Part shown: positions 19,201-27,572 of the stretch, piece by piece
How the letters are laid out: each line of letters opens with the position of its first letter
Numbering within the stretch: position 1 is the stretch's first letter
DNA from: an uncultured bacterium
GTDB taxonomy: Bacteria; Spirochaetota; B62-G9; DRHN01
Direction of reading: 5' to 3'
NCBI GenBank assembly: GCA_965603595.1
Contig: CBFDDP010000005.1
Location: 1-54,328 of the forward strand
DNA length: 54,328 nucleotides
Program-made: the position numbers and the translations under genes
The notes under the pieces: generated by a model
What the model saw: the letters and a program-made list of their open reading frames with translations, nothing else
The model's database searches: none
Told to the model about the DNA's origin: nothing

Positions 19201-21093
19201 TCAGCCCTGTGCACTCATTATCTCGAGCCGCTTGCGGGCCCTTTCAATATTCGTTTTAACGCTTTCATTGGTTGGATCGAGACGGAGGACCTCCTCCCAC
19301 TCCGATATGGCCTCCTTGTACAGACCATTCATATAGAGGGTCACCCCCTCAATATAATGCTTCTTGATCCGGATCTTCAGTTCATCCTCGACCTCGAGAG
19401 GGCCGGTCGAATCTGCCGCTATTGCCTTCTGCAGATTACGAAGCTTCGATTCGCTTCTGGCTAGTAATACCTGTGCATCCATGTACTCTGGGTCAAGCTC
19501 AAGCGCTTCCCGAAGCGTTGCGGTTGCATCTTCCAGCTTCTCATTCCTGTAAAAATCAAGCCCCTTCCGGTACAGCCGCTGCGCCTGACGGCGGTCCTTT
19601 TCTGTAACCACCTTTTTCTGCTGCTGCTCCTGGGTTTTTTCCTGTTCATCAAGCCCTGTAAGCAGCGCTTCCGTATCCCGGTACTCAGGATCGACCTCCC
19701 GTATGAGCTCCAGTTTTGCCCGGGCCTCCCGTTTCTTACCCTGCCCGATGAGCCGTCTGGCATCCCGGTACATACCCTCCAGAATCTCCTCCTGCAGGGC
19801 CGGATCGGTTTTCCCCAGTGTCCTGGTCAGAGAAATCCTCGCCTCCTCGTTGAAGGGAAATATCAGCAGGATCTCTTCACAGTATTTAATCGAGTTCTGG
19901 TGATTACCGGCCTCATATGCCTGTACTCCCAGGAGCTTGAGGTTCTCCACAAGCTTGTAAAAGGGAGAGGTGAGAGAGACGGCTTTTTCCTCCTCACGTT
20001 TCAGGGCGATGATATCCCTGACGAGATACTCCCTTATCTGCGTGTTCTCAGGGTCCAGTTCGAGGCCGTGATTGAGCTGCACGAGGGAGTCACGGTACCG
20101 GTTCAGGTTGTAGAACTTGATGCCCTCCCGGAGGTATTGCGCAACGAGCTGTGCATTGACTTCCCGTTCACGCTCCTCCTGCTTTCGTATTGCACTTCGG
20201 CTATCCTCGATAAATCGTCTCGATTTCTTCACCTGATAGTTCATGGCGATGGAGTTCTCAAACTGATCGATTGCATTCTCATACTGCCCATTCTCAAACA
20301 GACTGACCCCGTTTTCGAAGTAGTCCCGTGCCATCTCAAGCAAGCGGTCCTGTTCCCGAAGTTTGAAATCGATCTTTGAAATAAAGAGTGAGGCCTCTTC
20401 ATCACCCGGTACTATCTCGAGCACCTCCTCCCACCTGGCCCTGGAGCTCTTCAGCCTGTCATCCTCGAAGAACTGGCGGCCCTCTTCGCGGAGTGTATGA
20501 AGCTTCTCGTCCAGCTCCGCCTCCACCACTCTCTGCTCGGTGAGGGCAATGCGCTGCGGTGCGACCTCACCCTCGGGATAGAACCGCTGCGCTTCTCTGT
20601 ACCTTGCAATGGCGTCTTCGAAGTCTTCCTGGCCCAGGTGTCGGTCACCTTGATCGATAAGCGCGCCGTAGTGCTGGTCCCGGCGCGCATCTTCAAGGGC
20701 CCGGAGACCCCTCTCCACGAGGACGGTCAGCTCCCTGTTCTTCGGGCTGGAGTTCTCCTGTACGTAGGTGAATTCACCACTGGCATCGTCTAGTTTGCCC
20801 TCCTCGAGCAGCAGGTATGCCTTTTCCAGGATGCTGCTGAGTTCCTCATACTTCTTAAGCGCCTTTTCTATGAGGAGCTTCACCTCCTCATTCCATGGGT
20901 CCACCTTCAGCACGTCGGTCCATTTCTCGATGGCACCCATATAGTACATCTCCTCATAGAACTCCCTCCCCTCCTGGACAGAGCGTTCAAGTTCACGCTG
21001 TTTGTTTTTCCGTCGGGCATACACCGGCTGGGCGAGGAGCACCGCTATGAGAATAGCTGCAAGGATAGCGTAGAATCTTATTCTGTATACCAT
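19201..21093 (-). CDS. Exported multi-TPR protein
   Basis: Signal peptide MVYRIRFYAILAAILIAVLLAQPVYA, then many TPRs (W..VL..DP.N). Start moved to 21093 to avoid overlap with the divergent HAD gene. Confidence 0.85.
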   Translation of the reverse strand: MVYRIRFYAILAAILIAVLLAQPVYARRKNKQRELERSVQEGREFYEEMYYMGAIEKWTDVLKVDPWNEEVKLLIEKALKKYEELSSILEKAYLLLEEGKLDDASGEFTYVQENSSPKNRELTVLVERGLRALEDARRDQHYGALIDQGDRHLGQEDFEDAIARYREAQRFYPEGEVAPQRIALTEQRVVEAELDEKLHTLREEGRQFFEDDRLKSSRARWEEVLEIVPGDEEASLFISKIDFKLREQDRLLEMARDYFENGVSLFENGQYENAIDQFENSIAMNYQVKKSRRFIEDSRSAIRKQEEREREVNAQLVAQYLREGIKFYNLNRYRDSLVQLNHGLELDPENTQIREYLVRDIIALKREEEKAVSLTSPFYKLVENLKLLGVQAYEAGNHQNSIKYCEEILLIFPFNEEARISLTRTLGKTDPALQEEILEGMYRDARRLIGQGKKREARAKLELIREVDPEYRDTEALLTGLDEQEKTQEQQQKKVVTEKDRRQAQRLYRKGLDFYRNEKLEDATATLREALELDPEYMDAQVLLARSESKLRNLQKAIAADSTGPLEVEDELKIRIKKHYIEGVTLYMNGLYKEAISEWEEVLRLDPTNESVKTNIERARKRLEIMSAQG

Positions 21094-21247
21094 CAATCTA
21101 TTTATCGACAAAAACGGGCATACGTCACTGAAAATCTTGAAAAATGATCGCCCCGGTATTATACATAGTATCCCGACAGCGGCGATGCGGTTAAACCGAA
21201 ACAGTAATCGATGCGTCAGGGAAAGCTGCGGCGGAATGGAAGAGCCA

Positions 21248-22072
21248 ATGAAATGGAAACTGCTGGCCCTCGACCTGGATGGCACCACTCTGAACAGCAA
21301 TGAGGAGATCAGTGACAGAAACCTCAGTGCGATACAGGATGCATCACAGGCAGGTGTTCGTATAATTATCACAACGGGAAGAAGCTACGCTTCAGCCAGC
21401 CCCTTCATTACACTGCTGAATACGGGAGACCCCTCCATTACCTACAACGGAGCTCTGATCCGAAACGGAAATAGCGTGCTCCGTTCCCTCAGCCTTCGTG
21501 AGGAGACCATTTATCGGACATTGACCATCCTGAAAGAACTGAGGCAGACCCCCATCGTCTACTCCATCGATGAGAAACGGCACATCGATAACCCGGATGG
21601 ACTGATCGAGAATTTCTTCCAGTTCTCAAAGGGATCGGGTATTGAAAATGTCACTGTCGACAACCTTCTCCATCAGCGGTGGCAGCAGGTCATCCGCATC
21701 AGCGTGTTCAGCGATCAGGCCACGACCGAGATGCTCGAGAACGAACTCAACAAACGGCTGGGGAGCAGTATCATAACGGCCCAGACCTTCTTTCCGCACT
21801 GGAATTTCTGGATCTTCGAGGTACTGAACCCCCTCTGTTCAAAACCGGTGGCACTGCAGTTTCTCTGTGATCGGTACGGGTTCCATGCGGACGAGGTGGT
21901 TGCAGTGGGTGACAATCGAAACGATATCAGGATGCTGCAATGGGCGGGCCTGGGCATTGCAATGCGCAATAGCCTGCCCGATGTGGCACAGCACGCTGAT
22001 TACGTCTCGGAGGCTGACAATGACGAACACGGCGTTGCTGAGATAATTAAACGCTACATTCTCTCATCCTAG
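21248..22072 (+). CDS. Cof-type HAD-IIB hydrolase
   Basis: DLDGTTL, TTGRS, YNGA, SK..AL, GDNRNDI.ML. Confidence 0.92.
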   Translation: MKWKLLALDLDGTTLNSNEEISDRNLSAIQDASQAGVRIIITTGRSYASASPFITLLNTGDPSITYNGALIRNGNSVLRSLSLREETIYRTLTILKELRQTPIVYSIDEKRHIDNPDGLIENFFQFSKGSGIENVTVDNLLHQRWQQVIRISVFSDQATTEMLENELNKRLGSSIITAQTFFPHWNFWIFEVLNPLCSKPVALQFLCDRYGFHADEVVAVGDNRNDIRMLQWAGLGIAMRNSLPDVAQHADYVSEADNDEHGVAEIIKRYILSS

Positions 22073-22119
22073 GTCGGTCATCCCTCACCTCAATATTTCT
22101 AGATCTTTCATCTCCTGCA

Positions 22120-23013
22120 TCACTCTTTCAAAAACGCCCTGTATAAACGCTGGAGTACATCCACAGTCGAATCTGCATAGTCGACGAGAGGGCTGTTGGG
22201 ATATGCCCTGATAAATCCTTCGAAGCTGCCCAGCACGCGCTTCAACGCCTCCACCATTTCACTCTGGTCAAACTGAAGGCTTTCGAAGAAGTGGCTGAGG
22301 AAATGGTCGCAATCATTGAGCGCTTCGCCAAACTGCTGAAGCGTCGATGCACGCCGCTCAGTGCCTGAGGGAAAGTGCTGCTCGATATGATCTGCAAAGA
22401 GAAGGAGGAACTCGTACATGAGCCTGAACTTATTTCTGTACTCCTTCGAGAGTGCGGTACGCGAGAGTTTTTCGCTCTTCTCCATAAACACTTCATACTT
22501 GCCACAGAATTCCTCATAGGCAATCTGATTGAAGGGTCTTTCGCGTACATGTGTGTAGTGAAGCCGTTTCTCATAGAAATCGGAGATGACTGCGAAAAGG
22601 TGCTTCCCGAGAAGACGATAGGATTTAAAATCCTCCTCCTCACGCTCCCGTTCCTCGAGCCGCTGCTGCCAGAACCGGTTGACAGCCTCGCGCTCTTTTC
22701 GGTACTGCTCACGGGCCCGTTCCCGGGCATCGGGTCTCTGCGCCCTGTGGGATGCAGCCGCACGGGGGCTTCTCTTCGCCGCCTGGCGGTGCAGGGGCTT
22801 CTCCCGCACATTCCCTCCACTTGCAATATGGTCCTTTACCGTCTCATATGCCTCGTTTATGCGCATCATCATGGTCAGGGCAGTGTCTCCTGAATCGGGA
22901 TTCGAATCAGGATGATACTTCTTTGCCAGCAGCCGATAGGCCCTCGTCACCTCGGGCAGGGGAGCACCGGCTGCAATACCGAGCAGCTTGTATGCGTAAC
23001 CAACTCTATCCAT
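22120..23013 (-). CDS. J-domain (DnaJ class C) protein
   Basis: Y..LG....AYR.LAKKYHPD...INEAYE; helical C-terminus. Confidence 0.85.
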   Translation of the reverse strand: MDRVGYAYKLLGIAAGAPLPEVTRAYRLLAKKYHPDSNPDSGDTALTMMMRINEAYETVKDHIASGGNVREKPLHRQAAKRSPRAAASHRAQRPDARERAREQYRKEREAVNRFWQQRLEEREREEEDFKSYRLLGKHLFAVISDFYEKRLHYTHVRERPFNQIAYEEFCGKYEVFMEKSEKLSRTALSKEYRNKFRLMYEFLLLFADHIEQHFPSGTERRASTLQQFGEALNDCDHFLSHFFESLQFDQSEMVEALKRVLGSFEGFIRAYPNSPLVDYADSTVDVLQRLYRAFLKE

Positions 23014-23060
23014 GATGCTCCAATCCGCTTTCAATCCGGCGTTTATGGGAAATGAACAGC

Positions 23061-23705
23061 TCAATTCATGATGAAGCTGTACAGGTCTCCATACATGAAG
23101 AAGAGCTCGCCGCTCAGCAGCTGCACGTCCCCCGGGCTGGGAGGCTTTTTCCTGAGGAAGTCGTTGAACACATTTCCCGCTTTGTCCATATGAAGGCCCG
23201 GCGTCTGCAGGTTCATCCGCATGAGGGACACGCCCTTGGAAGTGTACTGTATGATGAGAACAGTTTCCTCCTGGTCCACATCGGCAACCAGACCCACATG
23301 GGTCATCCTGCTCCCGCTGTTCTCCACGGTGTTTTTAAAGAAGGCAAGGTCAGCCTTCTTTGGACGCATGCCGGTATACACATGTCCCCGTGCCCGCAGG
23401 TTTCTGAACAGGTTTTCAGCCACAAAGCTGCTGTCATAATACTCGAGATCGACATCGTAACCAAGGGACCTGTACACGCCAACCACAAACCCTGAACAGT
23501 CGTTTCTGTATATATCATCCTGTATAGAGAGGTCCCTGCTTCCCACCAGGCCCATACCCTGCTGTACGATTTCTTCACGCCTGACAGCTTCCCCTTCGCG
23601 GGTCTCCTCCACCTCAACCATGGGTGAGACACAGGCGGAAAGACCGACAAGGGCACATGCAAGTATCATGAACGGTGCCCGTAACCTCATCATTCGAAAA
23701 CCCAT
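23061..23705 (-). CDS. NlpC/P60-family lipoprotein (putative peptidoglycan peptidase)
   Basis: Lipobox LSAC; DCSGFV, DLAFF, THVGLV; start uncertain (23705 or 23693). Confidence 0.85.
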   Translation of the reverse strand: MGFRMMRLRAPFMILACALVGLSACVSPMVEVEETREGEAVRREEIVQQGMGLVGSRDLSIQDDIYRNDCSGFVVGVYRSLGYDVDLEYYDSSFVAENLFRNLRARGHVYTGMRPKKADLAFFKNTVENSGSRMTHVGLVADVDQEETVLIIQYTSKGVSLMRMNLQTPGLHMDKAGNVFNDFLRKKPPSPGDVQLLSGELFFMYGDLYSFIMN

Positions 23706-23849
23706 GTCTCGTCTTGCTCCCCAACCCTTTGTATGATCCCGCGAGCTGTCATTCCCCTCAGCGTGCGGTTTCTCCCCCTTCTTACCACAGATCTGTGTGA
23801 TATAAGTATAGTCCATAATAGAAGGTCAATGGAATGAAAAGGGCAGAAA

Positions 23850-24944
23850 TTACTCCTGTATGGTCACGTCGTATCCCACATCTCGCAGAACCTTCGCCGC
23901 AGCCTCAGCTTCCTTTTTGTGTACGAATCCAAGCCTCAGTATGCCGCCCTCCCCCTCCCGGATATTGACGATCTCGATATCCTTGATGTTCACGTCGTGA
24001 TAGTAGATAATATTTGTAATCCGTGCCAGTTCCCCCGGCCTGTCCTGTACCGAGACCCGTATATCGACGAGGGGAGTCATAAATCCCTTGCTGTAACGCG
24101 GTATGGTCTGCCGTTCCTTTCTGGCACGCTTGAAGGCTCCATCCAGAAACCGATCATTTTCGATATTTTCCCTGACTTGGTGCAGTGCAGATTGATAATC
24201 CTCGAGCGCGTGTTCTATCTCGGAGCGGTTGGTCTGTATGATATCGCGCCAGACACTGTAGCTGGAGGAGGCTATGCGGGTCATGTCACGAAAGCCTCCG
24301 GCTGCCAGGTTTCTGAACAGGTCGTCGTCTCTGACCGCAAGATGGTTCAGCAATGAGACGGCGAGAAGCTGGGGTAGATGGCTGACACTCGCCGCAATGC
24401 GATCGTGCAGTTCCGGCTCGAGTACCATGACTTTGGCGCCGAAATCCGATATGATGGATGAAAGCCTGCTCAACACCTTTCGGGGGGTGGCCTGCAGCGG
24501 CGTCAGCACCCAGACCGCATCATAGAAGAGATAGGGATTGGCGTGGTTCACACCCCGACGTTCACTGCCTGCCATGGGGTGTCCACCTATAAAATAAACA
24601 CCACGCTTGACCGACTTTTCTGCAATTTCGCAAATAACAGCCTTTGTGCTTCCCACATCAGTGATTATTGTGCCGCGCTCCGCATGCTCGACTATGGGTG
24701 GTATCCTGTCGACGATGTCGAGCAGGGGGGTGCACACAAACACAACCTGAGCCCCCTGCAGGGATTCATCCATGCGGTCATACTCGTATCCGCTGCCTAT
24801 GATGCCCATGTCAAGGGCCCTGCGCAGGGATTGACCGCTGCTCACGCCCCGTACCTCCACCCCCCCCCTGCTGAGTGCAGAGCAGATCGATCCTCCAATC
24901 AATCCAATGCCAATGACCGTTACCGCATATATGTCGGACTGCAT
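23850..24944 (-). CDS. tyrA: Prephenate/arogenate dehydrogenase with ACT domain
   Basis: GIGLIGGS, TDVGSTK, GGHPMAGSE, SHLPQ, GFRDMTRIA; C-terminal DRPGELA ACT domain. Confidence 0.94.
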   Translation of the reverse strand: MQSDIYAVTVIGIGLIGGSICSALSRGGVEVRGVSSGQSLRRALDMGIIGSGYEYDRMDESLQGAQVVFVCTPLLDIVDRIPPIVEHAERGTIITDVGSTKAVICEIAEKSVKRGVYFIGGHPMAGSERRGVNHANPYLFYDAVWVLTPLQATPRKVLSRLSSIISDFGAKVMVLEPELHDRIAASVSHLPQLLAVSLLNHLAVRDDDLFRNLAAGGFRDMTRIASSSYSVWRDIIQTNRSEIEHALEDYQSALHQVRENIENDRFLDGAFKRARKERQTIPRYSKGFMTPLVDIRVSVQDRPGELARITNIIYYHDVNIKDIEIVNIREGEGGILRLGFVHKKEAEAAAKVLRDVGYDVTIQE

Positions 24945-25007
24945 TCCACCTCCCTCATCTACAGGCAGCAGTTTTCAGGCCTCATTTCCATGAGCCAGGC
25001 AACCGCG

Positions 25008-26045
25008 CTAGGGCTCCAGTGCAACCGGTTCACTGATAAACCGGCCCACCGCTCGTGCAATAATCCGAAGCTCCTTCATCATCTGTTCGAACTGATGGGG
25101 GAACAGTGACTGGGCCCCATCGGACCTGGCATGCTCCGGGTCGTGATGGACCTCTACGATAATCCCGTCTGCACCTGCCGCTATACTTGCACGGGCCATG
25201 GGTATGACCTTGTCACGTATGCCCGTTCCGTGAGAAGGATCGGTAAAGATGGGCAAATGGCTCAGTTTCTTTATGACCGGTACAGCACTGATGTCCAGTG
25301 TATTCCGGGTGTAATTTTCAAAGGTCCGTATGCCCCGCTCACAGAGAATAACGTTAAGATTTCGCCCCGAGAGAATATACTCGCTGGCCATGAGCCACTC
25401 CTCAATGGTTGCAGACATGCCACGTTTCAGCAAGACCGGTTTCCCCACCTTCCCGAGCTCCCGCACGAGCTGGAAGTTCTGCATATTGCGGGCCCCCACC
25501 TGCAGTATATCTGCATACTTCTCAACCATGGCGATGTGATTTACATCCACAACCTCTGTCACAGCCAGCAGTCCATATCTTTCGGCTGCCTCGCGGAGAA
25601 GCTTCAGGCCCTCCTCCCCGAGCCCCTGAAAGGAGTAGGGGGATGTCCGAGGCTTGAAGGCACCGCCTCTCAGTATCTTCGCGCCTGACGCTCTGACGGC
25701 TTCGGCAATTGTCATAATCTGCTCCCGGCTTTCAACTGCACAGGGGCCTGCCGCGACTATCACCTCCTGTCCGCCAATCTCCACATGACCGATCCCTATG
25801 ACTGTATTCTCCTGTTTGAAGCTCCTAGATGCGAGCTTGTAAGGCTCTGAGATTCGCACCACCTCATGAACGCCGTCCAATACTTCGAGCTGTCTTATAT
25901 CAATCCCCGTTTTATCACCCACGGCACCCAGTATGGTGTGGGTCACGCCATCGGAGCGGTGAATATCGAAGCCGAGATCCCTCAGGTGGGAGATGACGTT
26001 CTGAATATTCTCCTCCGGAGCCTTCGGTTCCATGACAACAACCAT
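25008..26045 (-). CDS. aroF: DAHP synthase type I-beta with N-terminal regulatory domain
   Basis: AGPCAVES, GGAFKPRTSPYSFQG, GARNMQNF, LKRG, CERGIRTF, DPSH, SDGAQSL. Confidence 0.96.
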   Translation of the reverse strand: MVVVMEPKAPEENIQNVISHLRDLGFDIHRSDGVTHTILGAVGDKTGIDIRQLEVLDGVHEVVRISEPYKLASRSFKQENTVIGIGHVEIGGQEVIVAAGPCAVESREQIMTIAEAVRASGAKILRGGAFKPRTSPYSFQGLGEEGLKLLREAAERYGLLAVTEVVDVNHIAMVEKYADILQVGARNMQNFQLVRELGKVGKPVLLKRGMSATIEEWLMASEYILSGRNLNVILCERGIRTFENYTRNTLDISAVPVIKKLSHLPIFTDPSHGTGIRDKVIPMARASIAAGADGIIVEVHHDPEHARSDGAQSLFPHQFEQMMKELRIIARAVGRFISEPVALEP

Positions 26046-26066
26046 TTTAAACCTCCCCTAGGTCTG

Positions 26067-26124
26067 TCAGGCAGGAGGGGGTGCCTAGCCCCCTCCTGCC
26101 TGATGTGCGCCCAGCCGGGCGCAC
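26067..26124. repeat. Two GC-rich hairpins in the aroF 5' UTR
   Basis: 15-bp perfect stem TCAGGCAGGAGGGGG/CCCCCTCCTGCCTGA (26067-26103); 8-bp stem GTGCGCCC/GGGCGCAC (26105-26124). Confidence 0.75.
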
Positions 26125-26126
26125 CT

Positions 26127-26156
26127 AAAAAAAAAGACTGCAGGAGCCTGCAGTCT
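26127..26156 (-). terminator. Attenuator terminator (3:4 hairpin)
   Basis: Minus strand AGACTGCAG-gctc-CTGCAGTCT followed by T8, between the leader peptide and aroF. Confidence 0.88.
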
Positions 26157-26179
26157 CTCACAGAGTATACATCTGCAGG

Positions 26180-26251
26180 TCAGTGTTGCAAACCGCAGAC
26201 ATAATAATGCCCGTCGAGCATACTCTGTGCGCAGACCATTTCATTTTTCAT
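26180..26251 (-). CDS. Leader peptide of the aroF-tyrA attenuator (MKNEMVCAQSMLDGHYYVCGLQH)
   Basis: RBS GAGAGGAAGG, ATG at 26251, tandem TAT TAT at 26206-26201, TGA at 26182-26180; overlaps alternative stems. Confidence 0.75.
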   Translation of the reverse strand: MKNEMVCAQSMLDGHYYVCGLQH

Positions 26252-26274
26252 ATGAAACACCTTCCTCTCAAAGA

Positions 26275-26303
26275 AGTATTTCACAACATGACAGGCATGT
26301 CAA
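26275..26303 (-). promoter_or_regulatory. sigma70 promoter for leader-aroF-tyrA
   Basis: TTGACA-17 nt-AATACT; the -35 overlaps the stop codon of the upstream gene. Confidence 0.6.
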
Positions 26304-27319
26304 GCTGTATCGGCCTGAGTGTACCGGTGGGAGACATCCTTCAGTGCCGAATTCATAAATGAGAAACATCCAGCAATTCCAGGAACGATGAACAGGGTGA
26401 CGCATGAGAACATGAGCATGAGTGCAAGGAAGATGAGGCAGTCCATGGAAAACTCGAAGTTATCGAAGCTCACGAACAATGATTTTTTCATAACCCGCCA
26501 GATCGATTCGTCTCTGTTCAGGATCAGGAGGGGATACACCCAGTAAAGAATGAAAATAAAAAAGATAAGCATCCAGAAGTTGATCGCCGCAATAAACACC
26601 GAAAGATCGTTACTGATAATGAAAATGTAGAAGTAGATGTTTGTACCGATGGCCCCGACAACAACGGCAAAAAAACCCGATACGAGGAGAGAGCGCCAGA
26701 AAAAACGCCGAATGGCCTTCACGAGATAGCCGAAACTCTTCATTTCGTGAAACACGACGCGCTGTGTGTAGTCACTGACTCCCCCAAGGGACCCAAAGAG
26801 AAGCAGAAAGGAACCTGTGAAGAGGACGAGATGAAAGAGAATGTCCCTCCGGTCATGAACCCTCCCCCTTCTGAAAAAGAGTACCTGAATCACGTTCTCC
26901 TTCATCGCTTCCACATTCACCCGGGCCAGCGGATCGCCATCCTTGCCCAGAATGGTGTGGGGCTCACCGAAGAGGTGCAGGGTGGTGTAACCCAGCGACA
27001 CCGCCTCAAGAGATCTGCGGCCCTGAGCATCATCGGAAAAGAGGTGACGCCGAATTCGGTTGAAATCCTTCCGACTGAACAGATAGATACGGTCCTCATC
27101 GCCCGTTATGATCGTAACAGCGAGCCTGTCATAGCCCTCCCGTAACCACTCGACCGTAACGTTGAATGAGTCGAGGTAGTGAATACCCTGCGGTATCAGC
27201 CTGTACAGAGAATAGACGAGACCCGACAGGGGGATGAGAAGCATGAGGTTGAGAAGCATAAAGCGCCTGATATTGCTCTGTGAAAGAAGCAGGAATTTGA
27301 GAAACGCGCCACGGGTCAT
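26300..27319 (-). CDS. Integral membrane protein, DUF624/YesL-like
   Basis: Multiple TMs; RRFFWRS, YWVYPLL...IWRVMKKS pattern. Confidence 0.6.
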   Translation of the reverse strand: MTRGAFLKFLLLSQSNIRRFMLLNLMLLIPLSGLVYSLYRLIPQGIHYLDSFNVTVEWLREGYDRLAVTIITGDEDRIYLFSRKDFNRIRRHLFSDDAQGRRSLEAVSLGYTTLHLFGEPHTILGKDGDPLARVNVEAMKENVIQVLFFRRGRVHDRRDILFHLVLFTGSFLLLFGSLGGVSDYTQRVVFHEMKSFGYLVKAIRRFFWRSLLVSGFFAVVVGAIGTNIYFYIFIISNDLSVFIAAINFWMLIFFIFILYWVYPLLILNRDESIWRVMKKSLFVSFDNFEFSMDCLIFLALMLMFSCVTLFIVPGIAGCFSFMNSALKDVSHRYTQADTA

Positions 27320-27449
27320 GATCGTCTTCGTTAATAATTAAAGTCAGGTATACATGGAAAATCAGGGACCCTAGGGCAACGCCCCTGGCCCAGTATCAAT
27401 AGGTTAAATGTCGAGTTTCCAATCTGTCAACAAAAAGAATCATACATTA

Positions 27450-27490
27450 GGTTCAAATAAGCATAGTGCTGGCGAACGAAGTTCGCCCTA
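27450..27490 (-). repeat. Dispersed hairpin repeat, family B, copy 1
   Basis: Reverse complement matches 35115-35155 at 35/41; stem GGCGAA/TTCGCC. Confidence 0.85.
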
Positions 27491-27572
27491 AATAAATTAC
27501 CCTGCAGCGGGATTTTCAAGTTTAAATTGAGCAAAGAGCCTATTAAATTCTAAACCACCAGTTGAGGTAGAG

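Noticed and set aside
21094-21372. Apparent overlap of the TPR and Cof-HAD ORFs
   Set aside because: Artefact of longest-ORF starts; the likely true starts are 21093 (-) and 21248 (+).
26269-26286. Rex-like half site TTGTGAA at the aroF promoter
   Set aside because: The second half is poor, and the sequence is explained as promoter spacer and -10.
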